A stretch of 36,196 nt of DNA, taken from positions 1 to 36,196 of the forward strand of contig RBNJ01000226.1 of assembly GCA_003990765.1 (NCBI GenBank). The letters are read 5' to 3'. Below are positions 14,133 through 25,948 of this stretch, in pieces. Positions within the stretch are counted from its first letter, which is position 1. Each line of letters begins with the position of its first letter. The notes under the pieces were generated by a model. It made no database searches, was not told where the DNA came from, and saw only the letters and a list, made by a program, of their open reading frames with translations. This DNA is from Jimgerdemannia flammicorona (Eukaryota). The translations under genes were made by a program, and so were the position numbers.

Positions 14133-14401
14133 TATTGAAAAACTACTGACAGACTGAGAGATTGGATATTAAAGAGATATAGTGAGTAAATTGATAGATA
14201 AATAATATATATTAATAATATATAATTAACTAATCATTATCTTTTATTATTGTAGAATACTTAAAAGAGTGGAGAGAGGAAGGAGGGTGTTGTTTATTAA
14301 TACTAACTTATACATTTTTATACATATTGATGATGTTTATATAATGATATAGTCAGAATATACCACTATATATTGAGTGCTATAACTAAGATATTTCAAT
14401 A
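14133..14401 (-). repeat. 3' LTR of the Copia element (269 bp)
   Basis: Inverted termini tattgaaa...tttcaata, consistent with TGTTGAAA...TTTCAACA after C>T decay. On the minus strand it is preceded by PPT-like ttgaatgagag (14402-14412). The partner LTR is outside the window. Confidence 0.7.
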
Positions 14402-14729
14402 CTCTCATTCAATGAGATATGTTTCAGAATATATAGAAATATGTAAATAATAGACTAACTAAATATAACCAACTAAATGCTATCTAGATAATTAGCAAAG
14501 GTCAAAATTTCTTACTTATAAGTATGAAAATAGATCAAGAATATAGTGAAAGACTGGTAATATAGATCCAGAATGAAATAATATTAAAGAAATATATATA
14601 AAATATATAGGAATATAGAGATATATATGCAAAATATGGTGAAAGACTTTTAGAAGCCTAAAAAGTTTCATAATCTCTATCAAAATACTTAAATGTTAAT
14701 TATTAGTATTTTGATACATAGTTCTCATT

Positions 14730-17700
14730 AGTATAGAGTTGTTTATTATAAGTCTTATTCCATATATATATAAGACAAACTTTGCATTTAAAAGGACTTT
14801 AGTCAATAAATCCACTATTATATATGTATTTTAGATATATAGTTCTATTTTCCACACATTCTTATATAAAATAATACTATATATCAATGTACTTCATTCT
14901 AGTATAATGTATAGAGTTCTTTACTATTGCTATTATAGACTAATTGTCTTGTTGGAGTAGTATAGAGTGCCATTGATCATATATTAACTCCTTTAGTAGT
15001 TTCTAAAGCTATATAGCCTCCTTTATTACTATAGATAATACTTAATACTCTACTTTTATAGATGATATTGCTACTGAAGATTGCTTATATATTTATCATA
15101 AAATGACTTCTTTTTCACTGATTTTAAAGAGGTATCTAATTGTTGAGCACTGATCATTAAGATCTCCAGCTCAGTCTATATTATATATTAGATAACTTTA
15201 AATGTACTTCCACTTAATTTATTATTATTACTTAAATATAGTATATAGTATACTATATCTTTGATATATATAAAGATGTACTTGATTGTCATTCAATGTA
15301 AATTGTCATAGCAGGATGAGTATAGTACCACTTTGTTGACTATATATAATATATCAGATCTCATTCTGAGCTTAAGATATATAAGAGATCTCACAGCTTA
15401 TTAATAGAGGATATTATTATCTTCAGACATAGTATTGAAATTCTTTAGTCTCACAGATATCTTTATAGATGTTTTAACAGATTTATATTCACCTATACTG
15501 AATTATTCAAGTATAGTCTAAATATATATAGCTTATAATAGGTATATAGTATACTTATGTCTATTACATATGATCAATATTTCAATATAATAGGATGTAT
15601 TATCCATATTTGTCATCTTGAACACCTGATATAGTATCACTTTTATATTATTAATCTTACTTATCATTTTAATTAGAATGATATCATTTACCCAAATTTC
15701 TAGGTATACTATTTCTAAGGATACATGTCAGATATATATACATAAATTAGTCTTATAATACTTAAATCTATTACTTATAAGATATTTGTTGATTTTTTGG
15801 TTCTACAGTCTTATCACTTATTTGATATTATAAAGACCTTTATGTAATTTATATATGAGCTCCTTTTGCTCATTATATATAATTTGTATCCTTATAGTTG
15901 AGAGATATATAGCTCTATATCTATATTACCATTTAAGAAGACTATCTTAATATCTATTTGGTGGATTTTATAGTTATATTTAGCTCTGATCTCAAGAAGT
16001 ATTCTAAGTAAAGTAAGCTTGAATACAAGGAAAAAGAGAAAAGGTCTCATCATAGTCTATGCCATATCCTTATAAATACCACTTTACTACAAATTGGACC
16101 TTATACTGCTCTATATTACTGTTACTATTATGCTTAATTTTATATATCTATTGGGATCTTACTACTTGTTAATTTACTGGAAGATAGACTAGATCATAGA
16201 TATCATTCTCAATAAGTGAATTGTATTTCTCATCTATAGTCTTTTTTTATTCTTTCTTATTAACTAAATATATAGCTTCATTATAGTTTACTAGTTCATC
16301 AGTTATTATAATATTAGTATACTTGTAAGCATAGTTTATATAATGTTTATTGTTACATATAATAGAATTTCTTAAACTGATCCCAATAATCTCCTAAATC
16401 TACTTCTACTTCATTATATAATCTAGATTTGTATTTTTTCTTACCTTTCAGAGAGATATCCTCATTATCATTATCATTCTCCTCTATAATTTCTATAATT
16501 CTTGGCTTCAATGACCTTATTGATATGGATATGAATTGTTCTTCTGCTAGCATAGATATCATTCCACTCACCTTTAAAGTTAGCATAGTTATTACTGACT
16601 GTACTGTTATATTAGTCTAGATAGCAATTTCCATATGAATTTTCTGCTTAGTTTCCTTGAATTGAATATTATATAAGTTGATAATATAATATTTCTATAG
16701 ACTCTATAATCTATATACTATTCTATTATATCCATAAAATATATACTTATTGTCTTAAACTCAAATTTGTCTCTATTGTTACCCTTATTCAAGATAAGTC
16801 TTACTTCTGAATATCTGTAAATATGAAATATCTGGCTTAGATCTACTTTATAATTCTTCAGATATAAGATCATTATCATTTCTGAATTGTTAATTATTAT
16901 TAGATCTGCCAGATTTACTGAAGTCTTTATTTAGAGCTTGATAAATATAATTATTTTGGATATATACTACTATATTTACTACTTTGGCCCAGAAGGAGTA
17001 TAGTAAGCCAGCTGTATTTATCATTATTTGAGCCATTTCTACTATCATTTAATTTAAGTACTCTGCTATACTATTCTGCTTAGGTATATAGAGAGCTATC
17101 ATAGAGTATTGGATGCTATACTTCTTCAAGAAGTATCTGAAGGCTTTGTTGATATATTTCTTACCATTATCTAAGTATAGAGTCCATATCTTATATCTTG
17201 TTTTGTTCTCTATAGTTATCTTGAATTCTTGGAATTTTTCAAATACCTCATTCTTTGCTATAAGGAAGTATATATAGGCTTTACAAGTATAATTATCAAT
17301 GAAAGTAATAAAATACTTCTTCTCAGAGTATATTATCATTTGTATAGAGCTACAGATATCTATATATATTATATCAAAAATACTAGCTACTCACTTCATC
17401 TGTTTCTGAAAAGATCACTAGAAAGTCTTATTTATCATATATCTATTACAAAAGCTGAAGTCTGGTGATATATATTTTGGTAATTTATATATAGATTTAC
17501 TCCTTATCATTTATTCCAAGCTCATCTTACTGATATGTCCTAAGTATTTATGTATAATATATATACTAGAGATTATCTTCAGTTATAGTAGAATATATAG
17601 ATGATATACTACTTGACATACATACTATCAATTACATATAAGTTTCTCTTTTTTGATATATGTATATATTAACTCCTTATTGTTCTTTAGATTAATTACT

Positions 17701-18528
17701 ATTATATCATTTAGTTATATATTTACTCCTTTATCTCCTCAAGCTATCATTTGGCCTATTGAGAAGAGGTTCTTATTAATATCTGGAGTATATAGTATAT
17801 CTATAAAGATGCCTGAGAGTTCATTAACTTTTCTATATAGATATATAATAATATTTCTCTTATCTTGAGTATAAATGATATTATTGTTACTTAGTTTAAT
17901 AGATATAGGATACTTGAACTTCTCATATATAGAGAACTACTTATGGTGAGCTATTATATACTACATTGTACTGGAATTCATGAGCCAGACTTCTTTGCTA
18001 TATATATAAGTGCTCAGCATATAGCTTATATTCACACTGATATCTATATTAATATTTTTCATTCTTATTACTCCTTCTGTATATAGATAGATTGCTGCTT
18101 CTACAAAAAACAACCCTCTATTACTTCTGCTACTTTTATTGTTGTTATTGGTATCTATAATATTTACCTATTATTACTCATATTACTTGCCTTGATCACT
18201 TTTTTTTTTTTTTCTTATAGTTGTAGTTTTGCTCCCAATATCTACACTTATTACAATAGAAGTATTTACTCAAATTTCTCATATTGCTGACCTTAACCTC
18301 ATCCTTTGCTTGCCTTATCTTTGCCTTATCTACATACTCTATAGAAGGCTTTTTTATTGCCATTATTGTTATCATTGTCATCTGGTCTTGATCCTCATTT
18401 AAAAGACTTATAATAATATACTTGTAGTTCAATAGTTTGCATAGTAGTAATAACTTATTGAATGTCTCAAGAAGGCCACATGTAAGAGCCAGAACCTTAT
18501 CTTTATTCTTGATGAGATCTATAGATAT
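14730..18528 (-). pseudogene. pol: Copia gag-pol remnant
   Basis: Knuckle YFYCNKCRYWEQNY (~18230-18270). Protease WLMNSS (~17970-17990). Integrase YFITFIDNYT...LDNGKKY...KQNSIAE (17049-17339). RT WVND (15683-15694) and LHKGLYNIK. RNase H D*AGDLND and RMKYIDI*YYFI...DLLTK (~14790-15180). Confidence 0.88.
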
Positions 18529-19917
18529 TGTGACAAACCAAAGACATACTACCCAAATTATACCTTAATCAGATAATGTGAACAATTAGCCAAGATGACA
18601 TAAACATACAGTATAGTAACCAGCAACCATTGCTGTGGAACCTGTATAAATAGCCAGACATACCAGATAGGGTCTGTTTATCTGTACAGACTCTGTACAC
18701 TGTACAGGTCCTGTATACCATACAGACTCTATATATCTGTCATAAGTAGTAGATCTATAGTTAGCCATATAGCAACCAGATAGCAACCAACTTATATAAA
18801 TTACCCCAGAGATAAGAGTGAATAAACCTCAGTCCAAAAGTTGAATACAAACTAAAGCAAAAGTCAATTGTCTGGTACACTTAGGAGAAATGTCTACCAA
18901 AAGTCACTTGATCCAGGAAGGATTGCAACACTTAGGAGATATGCCTGCTAATGAGCCACTGCCAAGAAGTTGTGAGCTTGGTTCTCTTCTCTTCCACTCC
19001 AGTCTACTTTCTGATATAAAGAACAAGTCTGTTTTTGGTTTGCTTGCCAGATAAGCCTGAAGATTTGCCACCTAAGTTTAAGGAAGAACTTTGCCACTGT
19101 TTCCCAGTTGAAGCCACTGATTTAGAAGAATCCATACCATTCGAGTTATTTCCCAGAAGCCCACTGATTCAGGAGAATCTGTATCATCTACCACTTTCAA
19201 GTTATTTATATTCCCAGAATCTGCATCATGATATTCCCAGAAGAGCCCGATTTGGAAGAACTCATGCCATCCGAGTAGTATTCCCAGTTGAAGTTGCCAA
19301 TTCAGAAGAATCTGTGCCATCTGAGTTATTTCCCAGAGAGCTACTGATTTAGGAAGAGACCACAATATTTGAGTTGTTCATTGTTTCCAGTGAGTCTGAG
19401 TTATTGAGTTATCTGCTGCCAGTATTATTCTCAGTAAGGAGAAACCATGCCATATATTCTCAGTGAGCCAAATTGAGTTATCTGCCAGAAATTGTATACT
19501 TTTAGAGATTGTTGTGCTACACAGAGATCATCACACTACACATGAAATTCCACCAACTCCCAGTTGACCCAAGAAGGAAACTGCTAAATTGCCAGATCAT
19601 CATATATAAGAAACTCACATATAAGAGATTGTCACACCAGAAATCACATACTTTTAGAGATTGCCTTACTACACAAAATTGTGGCATTCTCAGTTGACCC
19701 AAGAAGGAAGGACACAAATTGCTGCTATACTTAGAGAACTGTCCCAATAAGGAAACTGCTTACAGATATCTAGCTTGACTATTATACCACTAAACACCAA
19801 GGACCTCAGGAATTTTAGAATATTTTGTTACTTTTTGACAAAGTAACTGGGAGCTCAAGCCAAACTACATTAACCTCCAACCTTGTAATTTGCCTCTATT
19901 GAGCCAGGCACATTACA
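18529..19917 (+). repeat. 5' LTR (1389 bp)
   Basis: Runs tgtgacaaacc...ccaggcacattaca and is a direct repeat of 34574-35934. Confidence 0.95.
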
Positions 19918-19919
19918 TT

Positions 19920-19937
19920 TGGGGGCTCAACTGGGAA
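19920..19937 (+). promoter_or_regulatory. Primer-binding site, tRNA-Pro-like
   Basis: tgggggctcaactgggaa starts 2 nt after the LTR. Reversing two CpG decays gives TGGGGGCTCGACCGGGAA, close to the classical tRNA-Pro PBS TGGGGGCTCGTCCGGGAT. Confidence 0.75.
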
Positions 19938-20225
19938 GATTTTAAAATTGATATGACTTTTTAGCTCACAAGAACCCACAGTCAAACTGGATACATTTGA
20001 TACAACACCAACTTCTGCCACTATAGAAGAATCAGTTATCACTAGCATCTGGACAGGAAGAGAAGTAATCACATCAAGACTTGCCAACTACCCAGCATCA
20101 GAAGGATCCCAACCAGAACTAGAAGGCAGTACAACTTGAAATTTCCAATCAGATCAACCAGATAATATAGGCAGCCCTACTAGAGATTTCGAAGAACTTG
20201 CACAAGAACTAGAAGATCTTATCAC

Positions 20226-22560
20226 ATGAACCCAAGACTTTACAGCCAGATGCCCCATATCAGTCTCACCAATCTCACCAATAGAACCTTTTCACAACTC
20301 CTTGCAGAATTGGAAGTAGCTCCTACAAGAATACCTAGGCTTATTTCACTTCATCTAAGGTCCAGAACACTATCCTCAAGATACCCAAGCACCCCCACCT
20401 CCAGTAACAGTTCAGAAAGTGTATCAGAATCAGAATCCCAACTTGAACCAGAATCAGAAGAAAGTGATAAAAAAATGGCCACCTCATTGCCAACCTTTGC
20501 AGAATACCCAGAGGAAGACCCCAGAGAATTCCTTGATGGAATTGAAGGAATCACAGCCTTGAGGAATCTCTCAGATGAAAGAAAAATTGCCATCTACAAA
20601 GCTCAGCTCAGAGAACCAGCCAGAGGAATTTTCCATCAAACAGCAAACAACCCAGATTCAGAACTAGCAAGACAGATGCAAGCAGTAATATCTTATAAGC
20701 TAGAATATGAGGTCATGGTCCACTGGCTCATTGGAAAGTATGCAGGAAATGAAACCTGCCACAAGGCTCAAGAATCCATCATGGGGATGAAGATGAATCT
20801 TAGAGAATCAACCAGAGCCTTCTTTATAAGAATCCAGAAAAGAATGCATACTGCTGGATTCAATGTCACCAACCAGAACATCATAGGTCCAATGATCTTT
20901 ATGAATGGAATTCCCCCAAACATTGTCCAGCATGTCTACACCCTAGATATCAGGAGGTCCAAAGAGTAAGTAGATGTAGTCCAAGGATTCTTTAATGTCA
21001 GACAAGAAACTACTTGGAGTGATCATGACAAGAAAGAAGAGAAAGAAGACATCCTGGTCAAAGCCCTACAAGGACTCCTTCAAGGACAAGAAAGATCCAA
21101 GGAAAGAAGGCCAGCCAAAGAAGGAAAGAAGGATAGAAGCAAAATCCAGGACCTCAGCTCCAAGTTGGACTGGCTAGTTGGACAGATAGAAAAACTCACC
21201 ACATGCAAAAATCGGAACTACCAGGACAATAGAGAATACCCCCCACAAAGGAGCCAAGGTTATCCACCCAGAGATAGTGCTCCGAACGAGTCAATCCGGA
21301 TGGGATTCGGATGGATTCGAATCAACCATTGTTTTGATTTCCAAATTAGACAATTAAATGTTTACATCAATAACTTGATGAATAATAATCCAAATTTGAT
21401 TATCTTGGTGTCATTTGAAAGCCCTTAATAAGGCCTTTCTAATAATACCAAGAATATTAAAATCGGATTACATGTTGCCGAGATATTAAGGAAAACGTTC
21501 CATTTGACGAAGTTTCCAAAATCGGCAAATCAAAGAATTTCCAAAATCGGCGATTCAGACGGTTTCCTTCATAACTCGGCAACGCATGATCCGATTTCAA
21601 TGTTCTTGGTATCATTAGATAGGCCTTATTAAGGGCTTTCAAATGACACCAAGACCATCAAATTTGGATGATTATTCATCAAGTTATTGATGTAAACATT
21701 TAATTGTCTAATTTGGAAATCAAAACAATGGTTGATTCGAATCCGATTCGAATCCGATTCGAATCCGATTCGAATCCATCCGGATGGGATTCGAATCCCA
21801 TCCGAGTTGATCTGGATGAGATTCAATCTGAATCAATCCGAATCCAATCCGGATTAAATTGACTCATTAGGAGCACTACCCAGAGATAACAGAAATTACC
21901 AATAAGAAGAAAGAAGATATTGTATCTAAGATAGAGCCCAAGTACAACTTCCACTGTGGACAATTTGGACACTATGCTACCAAATATAATAACAAAAAAA
22001 GTAACCAAAGGGACTCAGAATCATCAAACCAAAGGAATGACACCCAGTACAAAAAAACTGAAGCTCGTTCTGTTGAAGATTTTGAGGAGGCCAGCAACAG
22101 TGAAGACTACAGTGACCTGGACTTGTATCCTACCAAGGTTACCACTTGGAAAACAGTCTACCCAGCAGAGAAGAGGAAGAGACCTATAGGAAGACCATCC
22201 AGGAACATCAGTAGAAGAATTATCCAAGAGGAGGATGAAGAACATGAAGAGGAGCAGGTAGAAACACCTCCCCAAACTCCCTCACCTTTCATCTCCAAGA
22301 TAAATGAGTTGCCACCAGAAGATGAAGAAATAGAACAAGAAGAATGGGAACCTGTTACTCCAAAGCCCAAGAAGAAGTACACCCCAAAGACCATGCCTAG
22401 AGACATTTACAATGAAGGCTGGCAGAAGATTCAAGAGGCCAAGATGGAAGTCCCTCTTCTGCAGTTTCTGTAACTGACACCAGCTGGAGTCTGAACCAAA
22501 TTACTGAGAACCACCAGATCTAGTACTGGCTGAGTCCCAATCCTACAGCAAGAATCAGTT
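20226..22560 (+). pseudogene. gag: Gypsy gag, interrupted by MITE-2; the start may be 20475 or further upstream
   Basis: Capsid-like LPTFAEYPEEDPREFL...MKMNLRESTRAF...FMNGIPP. Decayed knuckle FHCGQFGHYATKY at ~21949-21987. Acidic and Pro-rich region 22123-22473. Confidence 0.85.
21275..21878. mobile_element. MITE-2: non-autonomous hAT-type fold-back element (604 bp)
   Basis: TIR tagtgctcc / ggagcacta. Perfect 8-bp TSD cccagaga (21267-21274, 21879-21886). Inverted arms of ~185 bp (21313-21498, 21559-21744) and gattcgaatcc repeats. Confidence 0.95.
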
Positions 22561-22589
22561 CCCATCTCTGTCCAGGCAGCTGAAAGACA

Positions 22590-22965
22590 TGTCAGCACCT
22601 ATCTACATAGAGATATTGGAGGACAAAAGGTGAAGATCCTCATAGATACTGGAGCAGCTATCTGTGTCATTGCCAAATGGTTCCTGGACACCCTCCAATA
22701 GCCCATTGATGGACCATCCAACCTCAGTATCATAGTAGCAGATGGTGCCTGAACTCAACCCCTCGGAGAAGTATGAAATATCATCATCTCCCTCGGACAC
22801 ATTTAGTTCTCCATCCCCAAAGCTATTGTCACTGAAGCTGTCACCTATGATATGATTCTTGGCACCAACTGGATGAAGGAAATGAATGCAGTTGTTAATA
22901 TTGGCCAATAAGTACTCAAGTTTGATTACAGAGGCAAGAAGTATAGAGTTAAGGTGACTAGCTAG
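22590..22965 (+). pseudogene. Retropepsin aspartic protease domain
   Basis: KILIDTGAAICVI (Asp codon at 22645), IIVADG and YDMILGTNWM; in frame with the gag C-terminal ORF. Confidence 0.92.
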
Positions 22966-23479
22966 AGCAATTGAAGAAGAAGAAGAAGGTTACTATTCAG
23001 GAAGAATCTGCCAGTAGTGAAGAGTCTACTACAGAAGAAGAAGAAGAATCCAAAGATAGAAATGATCTCAGACTCAACCCCCAAATTAACCTGGTGGATG
23101 ACAGACCAGAAGATAATGTGTAGGCTAAGAATACTATCCCTATTACCATTGGAGCTATTGTGGGAGAAACCAAAGGATGCCCTATTTGTCTCAAGAGACA
23201 CAAGTGTCCTAAGCATTCCTCCAAGATCATGGGAACAAGAAAATTGCCTGGCACAGCCTGCCCAGAGTGCAGAAGAAAGAAGAAGAAATACAGACATATT
23301 CCAGAAACACCTGCAACCAAAGCTGCAGAAGTGCAAGCAATTTGGAGACAAGAATTATCTGAGGAAGAAGAAACTTCTGACCAAGAAGTTTCTGAACAAG
23401 AAGCACCTGAAGAAGAAGAGGTCCCTGAACTCATTCTCTGGGATTAGTGCATCACAATCCAAGTTGACCTGTGTACATA

Positions 23480-23790
23480 TTTAACCTGACCTGGAATTAT
23501 ATGTCACCCATCTTTAACCCGACCCAGAATTATATATCACCCATCTTTAACCTGACCTGGAATAATACATCATCCATCTTTAATCTGACCCAGAATAATA
23601 TATCACCTGTCTTTAACCTGACCCAGAATTATACGTCACTCATCTTTAACCTGACCTGGAAATGTATGTCACCCATCTTTAATCCAACCTGGAATTATAC
23701 ATAACCTGTCTTTAACCCAACCTGAGAAATATACGTGACCCAACCCAAGAAATATATGTGACCCAACCCTGACCCATATTTAACCTGATA
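23480..23790 (+). repeat. Left subterminal array of the hAT, about 7 copies of a 33-bp unit plus partial copies
   Basis: Unit approximates tttaacc(c/t)gacc(t/c)(g/a)gaattata(c/t)gtcacccatc; inverted copies lie at the right end. Confidence 0.92.
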
Positions 23791-23970
23791 CAGACTCATC
23801 TTTAATCCGCCTTTAAGCTATAAGGTACCAAAAAAAATATATTGCACATCTAAGATATATATTTAGAATAAACAAACAGAAACATAATTAGGAATCAGAA
23901 ATCAAAATGAAATCGGAAATAAATAGGAAGTAAATCAGAAAAATAAAGAACTTACTGGTATGAATAGATC

Positions 23971-25273
23971 TTACTTTTCATTGCTATAAACCAAATGATC
24001 CTCCTCTTCATCGCTATAAACCAACTGATCCTCCTCCTTCTCATATTCCGAACCATCTTCCTCCATATATTCTGAACCACTTTCCTCTATATCCTTCTCC
24101 TCTATATCCTCCTCTGAGCTGACCTCCTCTGTGCCAACCTCCATTTCGTCCTCCATGCCAACCTCCCCATATTCCTCTATACTGACCTCCCCATGTTCCT
24201 CTGCGCCAACCTCCCTGTGTTCCTCCACACCAACCTCCCTGTGTTCCTCCATACTGACCTCCCCCATGCCAACCTCCCCATGTTCCTCCACACCGACCTC
24301 CCCTGCGCTGACCTCCCCCGCGCCAACCACTCCCATGCTGACCTCTCCACCGACCTCTCCACTGGCGCCGACTCCTTCACTGGCACCAACCTCTCCCACC
24401 TCTCCATCTCCTCCACCACCACCCCCCTCAACAAAATGCACAAGCCTGCCATCCATCAGTCGCATATAAAGCATTTTGTCATTCTTCACTGGTACTCGTT
24501 CAAATATAGCCAGCAGTTTTTCATGTTCATCCATGATGACAATTCCATCTGGACAATCTCGCTTGTTCCATGCTTTGGTATTCACCTTGAAGCCGGTGTG
24601 GTATGACAAACATTCCATGATTTTCACATGGTTTTCTATTGCTCTTATGACTTCTTGCCTCAGTTGGTCATCATGTACTTTCTTAATGCATTTGTTGGCC
24701 GCAGCAAAAGCATGCCTAATGTCCAATTTGTAAGACCTTTTCTCTGTAAGGTTTGGGGCATCTGGGAAATTGATTTGGCAATGCTTCCAGGTGGTGTTTG
24801 GGCAAACTTGATGGCAAAAATGGCAATTGTAGCAAGATTTGTGCTCCAGCCCAGGCTTAGAAGCTGGAGGATATGTATATTTCAAATGTTATTAGGAAAA
24901 AAATTCGGACATTGATTTAAAAAGAAAAAAAAAAAAAAAACTAACTTTTTCGAGCTGCATTATTGGGATCTGGTTAGGGACCTTGTGCTTGCGGACCGGC
25001 AGCGAGCTGGCAGTCAAGCTGGAGATCGAGGAGCTGAGGGTCAGCGAGCTGGGAGTTGGCGAGCTCAGCAACCTGGGTGTCGGCAAGCTCAGCAGGCTGG
25101 GTGTCGGCAAGCTCGGCAGACTGGGTGTCGGCAAGCTTGGCAGGCTGGGTGTTGGCAAGCTGGGCATCTTTAGGGTGCTGAGCTTTGGGATGGCATACTG
25201 AAGTACATCGAGCTTGGGGGGGGCCAAGTAAATACTTATTGGCTGGGTGGTCATATTTACGTTTTCTCAACAT
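23971..25273 (-). pseudogene. hAT accessory gene of unknown function, two exons (25273-24946, 24863-23971), about 406 codons with one internal TAA
   Basis: An 82-nt GTTAG...CTAAT...CCAG intron of phase 1 joins MLRKRKY...NNAARK in frame to the 304-aa ORF. The protein has a basic N-terminus, AELADTQ repeats, SCYNCHFCHQVC and an acidic tail. The 3' end could splice further (gtaaga overlaps the stop). Confidence 0.75.
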
Positions 25274-25288
25274 AGCGGTGAATTAAGT

Positions 25289-25433
25289 GAGGCAAAGCGA
25301 AGGATGAGGTGAAGCGAAGGACAAGGTGAAGCAAATGATGAGGCGAAGCGAAGGATGAGGCGAAGCAAAGGACAAGGCGAAGCAAAGGATGAGGCAAAGT
25401 GAAGGACAAGGTGAAGCGAAGGATAAGGCAAAA
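25289..25433 (+). repeat. 17-bp tandem repeat, about 8.5 units, just upstream of the accessory gene
   Basis: Consensus (g/a)aggcgaagcgaagga(t/c). Confidence 0.9.
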
Positions 25434-25489
25434 AGAATGAGAGGCGAAAGTAAGCTTTCGATATCTTAAATGTTCAAAAGCTATAACAT

Positions 25490-25592
25490 TTTTCAGAAGC
25501 TCTTTCGGAATCTCTCCGAAATCTCTTTCAGAAGCTCTTTCTGAATCTCTTCAAAATCTCTTTCGGAATCTCTTTGAAATCTCTTTCAAAAC
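25490..25592 (+). repeat. 11-12-bp tandem repeat
   Basis: Iterations of tttcagaagctc, tttcggaatctc and tttgaaatctc. Confidence 0.85.
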
Positions 25593-25696
25593 TCATTTCT
25601 AAATTGCATGTTATTTGCAATCTGAGGAATGAGAGAAAGAGAGGTGAAGGAATACGTGAGGGTTGTGCAAGAAGAGTGGAATGCAAGAGAAGTGGA

Positions 25697-25948
25697 ACAC
25701 AAGAGGAGTGGAATGCAGTGAGGAAAGCTCTGGATTGCAAGCGTAAGCATAAGCATAAGCACAAGCGCAAGCTTTGCTCTGCTCAGCTGATAGCTGATAT
25801 CACGTGATATCAACTTATTATCAGCTTGTCAGACTGAGCGGAGCAAAGCTTATGCTTATGCTTATGCTTATGCTTACACTTACACTTATACTTATGCTTA
25901 TGCTTGCAATCTGGAGCTTTCCTCACTGCATTCCACTCCTCTCTGTGT
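25697..25948. repeat. Long inverted repeat 1, centred on TGATATCACGTGATATCA (25795-25812)
   Basis: gaggagtggaatgcagtgaggaaagctc...(taagca)n pairs with (tgctta)n...gagctttcctcactgcattccactcctc. Confidence 0.9.

Larger units (their letters stand above)
14133..18528 (-). mobile_element. Ty1/Copia LTR retrotransposon, heavily mutated; interrupted in gag by the Gypsy element
   Basis: Domain order on the minus strand is knuckle, PR, IN, RT, RH, which is diagnostic of Copia. Confidence 0.9.

Noticed and set aside
18200..18213. T run as another poly(A) insertion
   Set aside because: It is short, has no TSD, and falls in Lys codons after the Copia knuckle.
19035..19747. ORFs inside the LTRs (also 35008-35734)
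   Set aside because: They arise from internal repeats, their ends differ between the two LTRs, and they contain no recognisable domain.
21165..21826. Duplicated peptide GFGWIRINHCFDFQIRQLNVY on both strands
   Set aside because: It is a by-product of the MITE-2 inverted arms.
22968..22976. A third stop/start overlap after the protease (aaTTGAag)
   Set aside because: The frame changes here but the overlap is TTGA, not ATGA, and an ordinary indel explains it equally well.
23480..23790. CRISPR-like regular 33-bp array
   Set aside because: The units are head-to-tail with no unique spacers, there are no cas genes, and the array is mirrored at the other hAT end, so it is a subterminal repeat.
24892..25254. 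Open PSLPT-repeat frame as exon 1 of the accessory gene
   Set aside because: It meets the donor in phase 0, which would put exon 2 out of frame at the CCAG acceptor. The 25273 frame fits in phase 1.
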